Shown here one piece after another: positions 41,603 through 51,537 of a stretch of DNA of 64,000 nt. The stretch spans positions 401,541-465,540 of the forward strand of contig JAXHLG010000002.1 in assembly GCA_034522495.1 (NCBI GenBank). Direction: 5' to 3'. The stretch is from Candidatus Moraniibacteriota bacterium. Its GTDB lineage: Bacteria > Patescibacteriota > Minisyncoccia > Moranbacterales > DUUL01. The position numbers and the translations under genes were made by a program. The notes below the pieces were generated by a model. That model made no database searches and was not told where the DNA came from. It worked only from the letters and a program-made list of their open reading frames with translations. Positions within the stretch are counted from its first letter, which is position 1. Each line of letters opens with the position of its first letter.

Positions 41603-42859
41603 ATGAAAAATATATCAGTTGCCATAAAATTGGCTCTCAAGAATCTGGCCGGAAATAAGGCGCGGACATTTTTTTCGTTGCTCGGGGTGATAATCGGCGT
41701 GATGCTGGTGATTGTTGTTTTGTCTTTGGGGGCGGGAATGAAAGAGTATATAACGAATCAGCTGGAATCCTTCGGGACGGATATCATCGAAGTAGAGATA
41801 AAGACGCCGGGGAAGAGCGCTGTTTCTGCCGGGAATATGGGCGGAATTGCCACGGGTATCTCTATTACCACTTTCAAGCTGCATGAAGCTGAAAGGATCG
41901 CGGGATTGGAGGGCATCGGTCCTTGGTATGCGGGATTGATGCATCAAGATGTGATTAGCTACAAGGAGGAGAATCAAAGCGCGATGATTATGGGCGTAAC
42001 GGCGAGAGTGAAGGAAGTGGATCAAAAGTTTGGAATCGCTGCGGGAGAGATGTTTACCGACGAGGACGACAAGAACCTGAAAAATTTTATCATCATGGGA
42101 AGCAAAATAGCCAAGGACTTTTTCGGCTCGGAGAAAGAAGCTGTGGGAAAAAGAGTTAAAATGGGCAATCAGCGCTTTATGGTCAAGGGAGTTTTGCAAG
42201 AGAGAGGCGGCGCCGGTTTTTTTGATTTTGACGAATTGATTTATATGCCGGCTCAAACGCTGCAGAAGAAAGTTCTGGGAGCGGATCATATTCAGTTTGC
42301 CATGTTTAAATATAAGGACGAGGAACAAGAGGATTTGCTGGTGGAGAATATAAATGCCATTTTGAAGGAAGAGCATAATATAAATAGCCCGGATGAGCAG
42401 GATTTTGCGGTAATTTCTATGTCGGAGGCGGCGGATATTATAGACGATGTCTTTCGAGTGCTTAATTTTCTGTTGATTGGGCTGACTTCCATTTCTTTGA
42501 TTGTGGGAGGGGTGGGTATTATGAATGTAATGTATGTGGCCGTTACGGAAAGGACTTTTGAAATCGGGTTAAGAAAGTCCCTCGGAGCCAAAGAGGGGGA
42601 TATCTTGAAACAGTTTTTGTTTGAAGCGCTGTTTTTAACTTTGTTCGGTGGTGTTTTGGGAATTTTAGCCGGTTTTATATTTACCAAGTTAGCTGAGTTA
42701 GCGGCTTTGCGGTTTGACTTTTTCCTCACATTTCCCGTAACTCCATTTTCCATATTATTAGCTCTGGGATTTTCGATTATAGTAGGAGTAGTGTTCGGCT
42801 ACAAGCCGGCAAAAAAAGCGGCGAAACTTTCTCCCATGGAAGCTATGCGGGATGAATAA
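41603..42859 (+). CDS. ABC transporter permease, MacB/FtsX family
   Basis: N-terminal TM, large extracytoplasmic domain, C-terminal FtsX-type 3-TM bundle (ERTFEIGLRKSLGAKEGDILKQFLFEAL). No adjacent ATPase gene. Confidence 0.8.
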   Translation: MKNISVAIKLALKNLAGNKARTFFSLLGVIIGVMLVIVVLSLGAGMKEYITNQLESFGTDIIEVEIKTPGKSAVSAGNMGGIATGISITTFKLHEAERIAGLEGIGPWYAGLMHQDVISYKEENQSAMIMGVTARVKEVDQKFGIAAGEMFTDEDDKNLKNFIIMGSKIAKDFFGSEKEAVGKRVKMGNQRFMVKGVLQERGGAGFFDFDELIYMPAQTLQKKVLGADHIQFAMFKYKDEEQEDLLVENINAILKEEHNINSPDEQDFAVISMSEAADIIDDVFRVLNFLLIGLTSISLIVGGVGIMNVMYVAVTERTFEIGLRKSLGAKEGDILKQFLFEALFLTLFGGVLGILAGFIFTKLAELAALRFDFFLTFPVTPFSILLALGFSIIVGVVFGYKPAKKAAKLSPMEAMRDE

Positions 42860-42983
42860 AGGAAAAGCAAATTCCAGCCCTAAAAAGCAAAATTCATAAT
42901 ACAGAATTCATAATACAATTTTTGTTGATTTAATTTCATCTTATTGTTATTATGTAAACAGTATCTAAGAAAGCTTTAAAAAT

Positions 42984-44036
42984 ATGGAAGAGAATCAAGA
43001 GCGGAAAAAAAATAGAATATTCACAAAGAAAAGACTAGCCTTGCTTGCATTGGCGGTTTTGGTTTTATTGGCGGGCTCGGGCATTGCCTTGTATTGCTTT
43101 GGCTGTCTTAACTCTTGGATGAGACCGATTGCCGGGACTGTTCCGTATCCGGCGGTTATTGTTGAAGGTAAAAATGTTATAACCACCAAGGAGCTGATTT
43201 CCAATACGGACGCTATGAAGAAATTTTATGAAGAAAATGATTTGTCCGAAGTCGGCATGAGAGTTGATTTTAGCACTGAAGACGGAAAAATGAGGCTAAG
43301 GATAAAAGAGAAAGATGTTTTGAACAAACTAGTGGAAAACGAGTTGATTAAATCAGCCGCTGAAAAGAGGGGTATTTCGGTCAGCCAAAAAGAGGCCGGC
43401 GAGGAAATAGCTTCCAAGGCAAAAAAATCCGGCAATCTGAATAATTTAGCAGCCAATTTGCGGAGATTGTACGGGTGGGAGCTGGAAGATTTTCAAGACA
43501 AGGTGGTTATTCCCCAGATGTACATGGAAAAGATGATGCGGCGCCACCGGGAAGAAATTGCCGGCAAGAATAAATTGAAAAAAATCAACGAAGCGAAGAA
43601 ACTGTTGGATGAAGATGGAGATTTTTCCGAAATCGCGAAAAAATATTCCGAAGGAGAGGCGGCTGAACAGGGGGGCAATCTCGGATGGCTCAAAGAAAAG
43701 CATATGGCGCCGGCTGTGGCGGAGAAGATTGCCGGCATGGAAAAAGAGACTTATTCTGATATCATAAAAAGCTCGCTTGGCAATCATATTGTTTATTTGG
43801 AAGACACTCGGGAAAAAAATGGAGAAAAGGAAGTTAAGATAAAACAAGTTTTCACCCGGGAAGGAAATTTTTTGTCATGGCTGAACGAGCTAAAGGCAAG
43901 CTCTTCCGTAAGAGTTCTATTGCATGAATATAAGTGGGACAAGGAAGAGGCGAAAATCAAGTTTAGCGATCCTGGACTTGAAAAAAAAGAAGAGCAAATA
44001 CGTATGAAGTCTGAGGGCGATCCCAGCGTGAATTAA
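42984..44036 (+). CDS. Membrane-anchored parvulin-type peptidyl-prolyl isomerase (PrsA/SurA-like)
   Basis: N-terminal TM. Rotamase region DFSEIAKKYSEGEAAEQGGNLGWLKEKHMAPAVAEKI...GNHIVYLED. Confidence 0.75.
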   Translation: MEENQERKKNRIFTKKRLALLALAVLVLLAGSGIALYCFGCLNSWMRPIAGTVPYPAVIVEGKNVITTKELISNTDAMKKFYEENDLSEVGMRVDFSTEDGKMRLRIKEKDVLNKLVENELIKSAAEKRGISVSQKEAGEEIASKAKKSGNLNNLAANLRRLYGWELEDFQDKVVIPQMYMEKMMRRHREEIAGKNKLKKINEAKKLLDEDGDFSEIAKKYSEGEAAEQGGNLGWLKEKHMAPAVAEKIAGMEKETYSDIIKSSLGNHIVYLEDTREKNGEKEVKIKQVFTREGNFLSWLNELKASSSVRVLLHEYKWDKEEAKIKFSDPGLEKKEEQIRMKSEGDPSVN

Positions 44037-44090
44037 TCGTATGGGATTTTTAAAAAATCCCATACTCCACTAAAAATTAATGATAAGACA

Positions 44091-44288
44091 ATGAATATCA
44101 GCATAGATGAAGATAAATGTATCGGATGCGGTGTTTGCCAGTCTCTTTGCCCGGAATGTTTTGAATTGAAAGGCAATACAGCACAGGTGATTAAAGAAGA
44201 ATGCGAAGAATGCGCCGTGGAGGATGTAGCGAAAAGCTGCCCCACGGAAGCGATTGTTGTTTCCCGCGGACAAGAGAAGGAGGATTAA
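44091..44288 (+). CDS. Small 4Fe-4S ferredoxin
   Basis: 65 aa with CIGCGVCQSLCP, C-terminal cysteines and a ...SCP motif. Confidence 0.75.
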   Translation: MNISIDEDKCIGCGVCQSLCPECFELKGNTAQVIKEECEECAVEDVAKSCPTEAIVVSRGQEKED

Positions 44289-44305
44289 TATTAACCTTTA
44301 AATAT

Positions 44306-45625
44306 ATGAATAACAATTCAAGCCGGGAAAAAATGGACAAAGAACAGAGCCAAAATAGCGTCAAAGGAGAATTAAATCCGCAAGGATTTAAAAAAATTTT
44401 TGTTCTGTCTGTAGTTTTTGTAGTTTTATTGAGTGCCATTTTTGGCGGTATAGCCGGATTTTTGGCCGGCGGAAGCCTGGGCGGAGAGATAGATGAATAT
44501 TTCAGCCAAAACGGCCGGAAAATTCAAGAAAACCAGGAACAGCCGGACCCGGAACAGAAAGCCCAACTATCTTTGAGGGAAGAAGATTCGGCGGTGGTTG
44601 ATGCCGTCAAACAAGCTTCGCCTGCGGTGGTAAGCATAATTGTTACCAAGGATGTTCCGAAGCTTGATGATTTTTTCAACGACCCTTTTTCCAACGATCC
44701 CTTTTTTAACCCCTTCGGTTCAAGGCAGGAGAGGCAGCAACCGGAGACCGAAAGGCGGGAAATCGGCGGCGGAACAGGTTTCATTATTGACAAAAACGGA
44801 CATATTCTGACCAATCGACACGTGGTAAGCGATGAACAGGCCGACTATACGGTTATGACCAATGATGGGGAAGAGCTGAAGGCGGAAGTTTTAGCCCGGG
44901 ATCAGTTTCTGGACATGGCGTTCTTGAAAGTAGAAGCAAAGGAAGATTTGCCAACAATCGAAATGGGAGATTCGGATAAGCTGGAAATCGGCCAAACGGT
45001 CATCGCTATCGGAAACTCGCTGGGAGAATTTAGAAACACCGTATCCAAGGGGATTGTTTCCGGTCTGAAAAGAAATATCGAAGCCGGAAATCAACTTGGC
45101 AGAACAGAAGCGCTTGAAGAGGTGATTCAAACAGATGCGGCTATTAATCCGGGAAATTCCGGAGGGCCTTTGCTGGACTTGAGCGGTCAAGCGGTGGGCG
45201 TAAATGTAGCTATGGCTCAGGGGGCAGAGAATATCGGTTTTTCCATTCCCATCAATCAAGTGAAAGATATATACCAAAGCGTGAAAGAAGAAGGCAGAAT
45301 CATAAGGCCGTATTTGGGTGTTAGATACGTGTTGATCAATGAAAAAATTCAGGAGGCCAATAACTTGCCCGTAGATCACGGAGCGCTGGTAATCAGAGGC
45401 GAGCAAGTGGGCCAGCTGGCCGTGGTTCCGGGGAGCCCGGCCGACAAAGCCGGTATCGAGGAGAATAACATAATTCTTGAAGTGGACGGCCGGAAGATCA
45501 CAGAGAAAAACGGACTGGCGGACATTATCAGGAAAAAAGATGTAGGGGATAAAGTTAAGCTAAAAGTTTGGCAAAAAGGAGAAACGCAAGAAATGGAAGC
45601 GACACTGGAAGAGTCAAATTTGTGA
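44306..45625 (+). CDS. htrA: HtrA/DegP-family serine protease with a PDZ domain
   Basis: N-terminal TM; catalytic H (LTNRHVV), D, and S in GNSGGPL; C-terminal PDZ (VVPGSPADKAGIEENNIILEVDG). The ATG at 44306 avoids overlap with the ferredoxin gene. Confidence 0.9.
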   Translation: MNNNSSREKMDKEQSQNSVKGELNPQGFKKIFVLSVVFVVLLSAIFGGIAGFLAGGSLGGEIDEYFSQNGRKIQENQEQPDPEQKAQLSLREEDSAVVDAVKQASPAVVSIIVTKDVPKLDDFFNDPFSNDPFFNPFGSRQERQQPETERREIGGGTGFIIDKNGHILTNRHVVSDEQADYTVMTNDGEELKAEVLARDQFLDMAFLKVEAKEDLPTIEMGDSDKLEIGQTVIAIGNSLGEFRNTVSKGIVSGLKRNIEAGNQLGRTEALEEVIQTDAAINPGNSGGPLLDLSGQAVGVNVAMAQGAENIGFSIPINQVKDIYQSVKEEGRIIRPYLGVRYVLINEKIQEANNLPVDHGALVIRGEQVGQLAVVPGSPADKAGIEENNIILEVDGRKITEKNGLADIIRKKDVGDKVKLKVWQKGETQEMEATLEESNL

Positions 45626-45840
45626 TAAACATTATTTCGTATTTATCAGGGTTTTTGTTGTTTCCTGGTTCAGGAGAGTGGAATTGGTTAATTTTATATC
45701 CTAAAGCCCAAACGGTAAATCCTAAATAAATTCAAAATAGAAAAATCAAATAAGAAAACACGATTTGTCATTTGAAATAGAGGATTTGATATAGTTTAGG
45801 ATTTAGTGCTTTGAATTTAGTGTTTTGATCTAATTAGCAC

Positions 45841-46216
45841 AGGAATTACGCGATTGCGCTTCTATGGCACCGAGAGCAAAGCAAGGCTTGGTTTTATGCG
45901 CACATTCCTTTTCGTCTTATGAAGATACACTTGAAAGAAAAACAATTTGCTTCTAAAGGGACTGTTTCCAAACACCATTTCGTTACGAAATTTCTAATTT
46001 TTTAGATAAATTTTTCAAACAATTTTTGAAGCTTTAGCAGAGTTAAGGCAAAAAAATTTTTGGAAAATTTAGCAAAAAAGGTGGAATTGCAGTAGGAATG
46101 GTGTTTGGAAACAGTCCCCTAGAATCTTTTTTCGAACGAATGCAAAAACCAAGCCTTGCTTTGCTCTCTTTAATATAAATAATTTGGCAAACAAGAAGCT
46201 TAACCGCATAATTACT
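45841..46216. mobile_element. MITE-like nested palindrome, family B, copy B2
   Basis: aggaattacgcgattgcg...gagagcaaagcaaggcttggtttt...gggactgtttccaaacacc...ggtgtttggaaacagtccc...aaaccaagccttgctttgctctc...gcataattac. Confidence 0.75.
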
Positions 46217-46291
46217 ATAGCATTTAATTTGGAAAACAGTCCTTATAAAATTAATGAGCTTAAAAAACTTCAATAAGTATTATTTATTATC

Positions 46292-48937
46292 ATGGATTTT
46301 CAAAAATTTACTTACAAATCTCAAGAAGCGGTCAAAAACGCCCAAGGTATTGCCACCGAAAACAGCCAGCAGCAAGTGGATGTCTGGCATCTGGCTTACG
46401 CGCTTGCCGCCCAAGAAGAGTCTATTGTTCCGGACATAATGAAGCAATTGAGTGTTTCTGCGGAGGAGCTGAAGAACAAGCTGAGGGAAGGGATAAACAA
46501 AATGCCGAAAGTTCAGCAGCCCGGAGGCGGAGCCGGGAATATATATGCTACCAGAGACTTGGCCGGGGTTTTGTCCCAAGCGGAAAAAGAAGCGGGAAAT
46601 ATGAAGGATGAGTATGTTTCTACTGAGCATCTTCTGCTGGCTGTCTTAAGGTCGGGCCACGAGGCGGCGAAGGTTTTGTCCGAAGCCGGAGCTTCCGAGG
46701 AAAAAGTTTTGAATGTGCTGAAAGATGTCAGAGGGTCTCAATCGGTGGACAGTCCCGAGCCGGAAGGAAAATACAAAACTTTGGAAAAATATACTTTGAA
46801 TCTCACCCAAAGAGCTAAAGAGGGCAAGATGGATCCCATCATCGGCCGGGACAACGAAATCCGCAGGGTTATTCAAGTGCTCTCCAGGAGAACCAAAAAC
46901 AATCCGGTGCTGCTGGGAGAGCCGGGTACCGGAAAAACAGCTATAGCGGAAGGACTGGCCCAAAGGATTGTTAGCGGGGACGTGCCGGAGACGCTAAAAA
47001 ACAGAGAATTGATTTCCTTGGATATGGGCTCTCTGCTGGCCGGCACCAAGTTCCGGGGTGAATTTGAAGAGCGGTTGAGGGCAATAGTAAAAGAAATCGA
47101 AAGCTCTGACGGCAAATACGTTACCTTTATCGACGAATTGCACACTTTGGCCGGAGCCGGAGCCACCGAAGGAGCCATGGACGCCTCCAATATGCTTAAG
47201 CCCGCCTTGGCCAGGGGAACGCTGAGGATGATCGGCGCCACCACCTTGCAGGAATATCAAAAATATATCGAAAAAGACGCCGCCCTGGAGAGAAGATTTC
47301 AGCCGGTGCAGGTGCAGGAACCGTCTGAGGAAGACGCGGTCGCCATTTTAAGGGGAGTGAAAGAAAAATACGAATTGCATCACGGAGTCAAGATAACCGA
47401 CGAGGCTATTATGGAAGCGGTTAACTTGTCCAACCGGTACATAACGGACAGATTTCTTCCCGACAAAGCCATTGATTTAGTGGATGAAGCGGCTTCCACC
47501 CTGAGGATGGAAATTGAGTCTATGCCGACTGAAATTGATAAAATGGAAAGAGAGAAGAGAAAGCTGGAAATTGAAGAGAAGGCTCTCAAAAAAGAAAAAG
47601 ATGGAAAAAACAAGCAAAAGCTGGATGAAATTAAAAAACAAAAGGCTGAAATTGAGGAAAAATTGAAAAAGAGCAGGCTGCAATGGAGAAAGGAGAAAGA
47701 ACTGATTACCAAGATAAGAGACTATAAAAAGGAAATTGACGATTTGCGCGGCCAAGCGGAGCAAAAAGAGCGCGACGGCCAGCTGGACAAAGTGGCCGAG
47801 ATTAGATATGGAAAAATACCCGAATTAAAAAAATCCATCAAAGAGGAAGAAAAAAAGTTAAATCAAATTCAAGGGGATGATCCAGTTTTGAAGGAAGAAG
47901 TTACCAAGGAGGATATTGCCAGGGTGGTCGCGGGATGGACGGGCATTGCCGTTTCCAGAATCGTGGAAGAAGAGGCGGAAAAACTAACTCGCATGGAAGA
48001 GGAGTTGGCCGGCAGAGTGATTGGCCAAAAGGAGGCCATTGAAGCGGTTTCCAACGCGGTTCGCCGCTCCAGGGCCGGCATTTCCGAAGAGAGCCGCCCC
48101 ATCGGGTCGTTTATGTTTCTCGGACCGACGGGAGTGGGTAAAACGGAACTAGCCAAAGCGTTGGCGGAATTTTTGTTTAATGAAGAGGAAGCGATGGTAA
48201 GACTGGATATGAGTGAATTTATGGAATCCCATAGCATATCCAAAATTATAGGATCTCCTCCCGGTTATGTAGGATATGAAGAGGGCGGCCAATTAACCGA
48301 GAAAATAAGAAGGCGGCCGTACAGCGTTATTTTGTTTGACGAAATCGAAAAAGCGCATCCGGATATTTTCAACACTCTTTTGCAAGTGTTGGATGACGGG
48401 AGACTGACTGACGCCAAAGGCAGGACAGTTAATTTTAAAAACGCGGTCATCATTTTGACTTCCAACGTGGGCAGCGAAATTATAAACGAAATGCAGAGCA
48501 TCGGGTTTGAAAATCAGGAAAACAAAACCGGCAATAAATTTGATGAAAAAGAGATGCAGAGAAAAGTAATGAACGAGATAAGAACCAGGTTCCGTCCGGA
48601 GTTTTTAAACCGCTTGGACGATATAATAATTTTTCACCCGCTTAGAGAATCCCAAATAAAAAAGATTATCGAGCTTCAAATCAAAGAAGTGAATCAAAGA
48701 ATGAAAGAAAAAAACATCGAGTTGGCGTTGACTGACAAGGCCAAGAATTTCTTAATGAAAAAAGGCTTTGATCCGGTTTACGGAGCCCGTCCGCTGAAAA
48801 GAGTAATTCAAAAAAGCATTTTGAACGAACTGGCGATGAAGGTAATTCAAAATGAAGTCCGGGAAGGAGAAATTGAAGTGGATTTAAGCGGCCAGAAATT
48901 AGTTTTTAACAGTAAAAAGAATGCTTCAAGCAAATAA
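46292..48937 (+). CDS. clpB: ATP-dependent chaperone ClpB
   Basis: Clp N-domain, two AAA+ modules ([15 protein letters not shown]; [15 protein letters not shown]) and a long middle coiled coil typical of ClpB. Confidence 0.95.
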   Translation: MDFQKFTYKSQEAVKNAQGIATENSQQQVDVWHLAYALAAQEESIVPDIMKQLSVSAEELKNKLREGINKMPKVQQPGGGAGNIYATRDLAGVLSQAEKEAGNMKDEYVSTEHLLLAVLRSGHEAAKVLSEAGASEEKVLNVLKDVRGSQSVDSPEPEGKYKTLEKYTLNLTQRAKEGKMDPIIGRDNEIRRVIQVLSRRTKNNPVLLGEPGTGKTAIAEGLAQRIVSGDVPETLKNRELISLDMGSLLAGTKFRGEFEERLRAIVKEIESSDGKYVTFIDELHTLAGAGATEGAMDASNMLKPALARGTLRMIGATTLQEYQKYIEKDAALERRFQPVQVQEPSEEDAVAILRGVKEKYELHHGVKITDEAIMEAVNLSNRYITDRFLPDKAIDLVDEAASTLRMEIESMPTEIDKMEREKRKLEIEEKALKKEKDGKNKQKLDEIKKQKAEIEEKLKKSRLQWRKEKELITKIRDYKKEIDDLRGQAEQKERDGQLDKVAEIRYGKIPELKKSIKEEEKKLNQIQGDDPVLKEEVTKEDIARVVAGWTGIAVSRIVEEEAEKLTRMEEELAGRVIGQKEAIEAVSNAVRRSRAGISEESRPIGSFMFLGPTGVGKTELAKALAEFLFNEEEAMVRLDMSEFMESHSISKIIGSPPGYVGYEEGGQLTEKIRRRPYSVILFDEIEKAHPDIFNTLLQVLDDGRLTDAKGRTVNFKNAVIILTSNVGSEIINEMQSIGFENQENKTGNKFDEKEMQRKVMNEIRTRFRPEFLNRLDDIIIFHPLRESQIKKIIELQIKEVNQRMKEKNIELALTDKAKNFLMKKGFDPVYGARPLKRVIQKSILNELAMKVIQNEVREGEIEVDLSGQKLVFNSKKNASSK

Positions 48938-49667
48938 TTTGACTATCTCGTCAAAAAACGGCGAGGCCAGGCTTTTGAAGGAAGTTAACCTGGAAGTAAA
49001 AGAGAAGGAAATCCATTGTCTTTTGGGAAGGAACGGCAGCGGAAAAACTACTTTGGCATACGCTATTTTAGGCTTGGGCGACTATAAAAAAGAGGGAGGC
49101 CAAATATTTTTTTATGGCGAGGATATTTCCGATTTGCCTACTTTTGAGCGGGCAAGGAAAGGGATAACGCTTGCTTTCCAGGAGCCGGCCAGATTTGACG
49201 GCCTCTCGGTGGAAGAGTTTATTAAGGCGGGGAATCCGTCTATTAAAGAAGAGGAGCTGGAAGAAATCATCAACACAGTTGGAATTAATAAGGAGATATT
49301 ATCCAGAAATATAGATGAAAAACTAAGCGGCGGGGAGAGGAAGAGGATAGAATTGGCTTCTGTAGTTGCTATGCGGCCGAAGCTGATGATTTTGGATGAG
49401 CCGGATGCGTCTCTGGATATTATTGTTTACAATGAATTATATGATATACTTTTAAATATAAAAGAAAAATTTCACAGCTCGATATTGTTGATAACTCATC
49501 GGGAAGAAGCTGGTATGATAGCCGACAAAGCAACGCTTATAGAGAAAGGCGAACAAGTCGCCGCCGGTACGTTTAGGCATGTGATGAGGAAGTATTGCGA
49601 CTTGACCGGGAGGCGGGACAGATGCATGGCCGGGCGGAAAGCGGGGTATAAAGGCAAAAAATCCTAA
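48921..49667 (+). CDS. ABC transporter ATP-binding protein (SufC-like)
   Basis: [36 protein letters not shown]. No sufB/sufD nearby. Confidence 0.7.
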   Translation: MLQANNLTISSKNGEARLLKEVNLEVKEKEIHCLLGRNGSGKTTLAYAILGLGDYKKEGGQIFFYGEDISDLPTFERARKGITLAFQEPARFDGLSVEEFIKAGNPSIKEEELEEIINTVGINKEILSRNIDEKLSGGERKRIELASVVAMRPKLMILDEPDASLDIIVYNELYDILLNIKEKFHSSILLITHREEAGMIADKATLIEKGEQVAAGTFRHVMRKYCDLTGRRDRCMAGRKAGYKGKKS

Positions 49668-49967
49668 ATCATAAATCTGAAAGTTCGAACAAGCTTGACC
49701 GCGGAATCTCAAAGACTTTTAAAATTAACAGTATCGCGCTGGGGCGGGTCTCCGGCCCGGCCCGCTGTTTAAAGTTCAACGGAAGCGAATCAAGATTAAA
49801 TCTTTGGAAATCCAAAGGTTGAACCTTGGGGTTATAAGCATAATACTTGCTTCGTGATATGCGGCCCTAAACACTGGGGGCCCACCCTTTTCCCTCAATA
49901 AGAGCGCGCAGGGTCAATTTCAATGGAATTATTATAATTTTGTGATATAATTAGGGCAGCTGTCTTG

Positions 49968-50097
49968 AAACCACTAAAGAATGTCATTCTGAACTTGTTT
50001 GTCCGTCTCTGCCTGGATTCAGAATCTATAAATTTGCAAAAATGGCTTGTTCAGGAGATCCTGATTTTCATCAGGATGACAAAATCTTAAAATAATT
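49968..50097. mobile_element. MITE-like element, family D (TGTCATTCTGA...TCAGRATGACA), copy D1
   Basis: gaaaccactaaagaatgtcattctgaac...ctgattttcatcaggatgacaaaatcttaaaataatt matches 59083-59232 at both ends. Confidence 0.75.
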
Positions 50098-50100
50098 CAT

Positions 50101-50193
50101 TGTATAGGAATTTCAAAAAATCCTATACTCCGCTGATTTTACGCGGATTACAACGCAGATTTATGCGGGATGCTAAATGTGCGAAGCTTAATT
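50101..50193. repeat. Family E element, copy E2, upstream of ftsA
   Basis: tgtataggaatttcaaaaaatcctatactccgctgattttacgcggattacaacgcagatttatgcgggatgctaaatgtgcgaagcttaatt. Confidence 0.85.
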
Positions 50194-50253
50194 TATTATC
50201 CGGCGGTTTCTGCCTTATTGTTGAAATAAAAAAAGTAAAAAAGCAAAAATAAA

Positions 50254-51528
50254 ATGAAAAAATTCAATCTTATGTTCAGCAAGAGCAAGAAAGAGTCCGA
50301 AGTGGTTTTGGCTTTGGATATCGGGACAGAGTTTGTCAAAAGCATTATTTTCAAGCCCATAGACAACAACCAGAAAGGAATAATTATCGGCGTGGGTACG
50401 GCCAGGCAAAAGGTGGGCAACATGACTTCTGGCGCGGTAAGCGATATCAACGGCGTAATAAAAACCTGCTCCAAATCGATTGAAAAAGCCAAAAATCAGG
50501 CCGGCATAGAAGAAGTGAAAGATTGCATAGTCGGAATTGCCGGAGAATTCGTCAAAGGAACCACCACCACGGTTCATTACGAAAGAGCCAAGCCGGAAGT
50601 AAGAATTGATATGCCGGAGCTGAAAAACATTGTTCAAAAAATCCAATGGAAGGCTCTGGAAAGAATCAGAAAGCAGTTTTCTTATGAAACCGGCCACAGC
50701 GATATTGATGTTAAATTAATCAATGCTTCCATCGTGGGAGTAAAAATCGACGGCTACCGCGTAACCAATCCGATGGGATTCCAAGGGAAAGACGTTTCCA
50801 TCGGAATTTTCAACGCTTACGCGCCGATGATTCACTTGGGGGCGATCGAGGCTATTGTCAAAGAGCTCGGGCTGAAGCTGCATTCAATCGCCGCTGAACC
50901 GTATGCTGTAGTTCAAGGCACCGGCTTGAAAGAAAGCCCGGATTTCGGAGGAATTTTTATTGATATCGGCGGTGGGACCACGGATGTTGCGGTGGTTAAA
51001 AACGGAGGACTTGAAGGAACTTCCATGTTTGCCCTGGGCGGCCGGGCATTCACCAAAAGATTAGTGTCCGAATACGGGTTGACTTTTAATCAAGCGGAGG
51101 AGTTGAAACTAATGTATGCCAAAAATGAGCTGAAGGACGATGAAGCCGAAGATGTGCACAAAGTATTGAGAAATGATTGCAAGGTTTGGCTGTCCGGCGT
51201 AGAAATAGCTCTGGAAAATTTCTGTTCTTCCAACTTGGATGTTCTGCCGTCTCGAATTTTTCTTTGCGGAGGAGGAAGCGGATTGCCGGGAATTTATGAG
51301 CAATTAAGCTCCGCCGATTGGGTTGGCAATCTTCCTTTTGCAAGCAAGCCGAAAATAAGCTTTGTTCAGCCCAGGGACATGGTTTATATGGTTGATCAAA
51401 CCAAGTCTTTGACCAATCCCCAGGATGTAACGCCAATGGGCTTGGCTACGCTTACTCTTGACTTGGACGATAAAGACAACGTGATGTCGAGTGTTTTGAA
51501 AAGGGCTGTTAAAATAATTCAAAATTAA
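50254..51528 (+). CDS. ftsA: Cell division protein FtsA (actin-like ATPase)
   Basis: VLALDIGTEFVK (phosphate 1), IDIGGGTTDVAV (phosphate 2), LCGGGSGLPGI (adenosine). Confidence 0.8.
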   Translation: MKKFNLMFSKSKKESEVVLALDIGTEFVKSIIFKPIDNNQKGIIIGVGTARQKVGNMTSGAVSDINGVIKTCSKSIEKAKNQAGIEEVKDCIVGIAGEFVKGTTTTVHYERAKPEVRIDMPELKNIVQKIQWKALERIRKQFSYETGHSDIDVKLINASIVGVKIDGYRVTNPMGFQGKDVSIGIFNAYAPMIHLGAIEAIVKELGLKLHSIAAEPYAVVQGTGLKESPDFGGIFIDIGGGTTDVAVVKNGGLEGTSMFALGGRAFTKRLVSEYGLTFNQAEELKLMYAKNELKDDEAEDVHKVLRNDCKVWLSGVEIALENFCSSNLDVLPSRIFLCGGGSGLPGIYEQLSSADWVGNLPFASKPKISFVQPRDMVYMVDQTKSLTNPQDVTPMGLATLTLDLDDKDNVMSSVLKRAVKIIQN

Positions 51529-51537
51529 TTCATTTTT

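Noticed and set aside
44201-44305. The upstream start of the htrA ORF at 44201, and the TTG start of the GT4 gene at 8010
   Set aside because: The 44201 start would overlap the ferredoxin gene by 88 nt and add a Cys/Arg-rich peptide with no homology pattern. The ATG at 44306 gives a normal cytoplasmic tail plus TM. The 8010 start lies inside the REP palindrome, and the ATG at 8031 is preferred.
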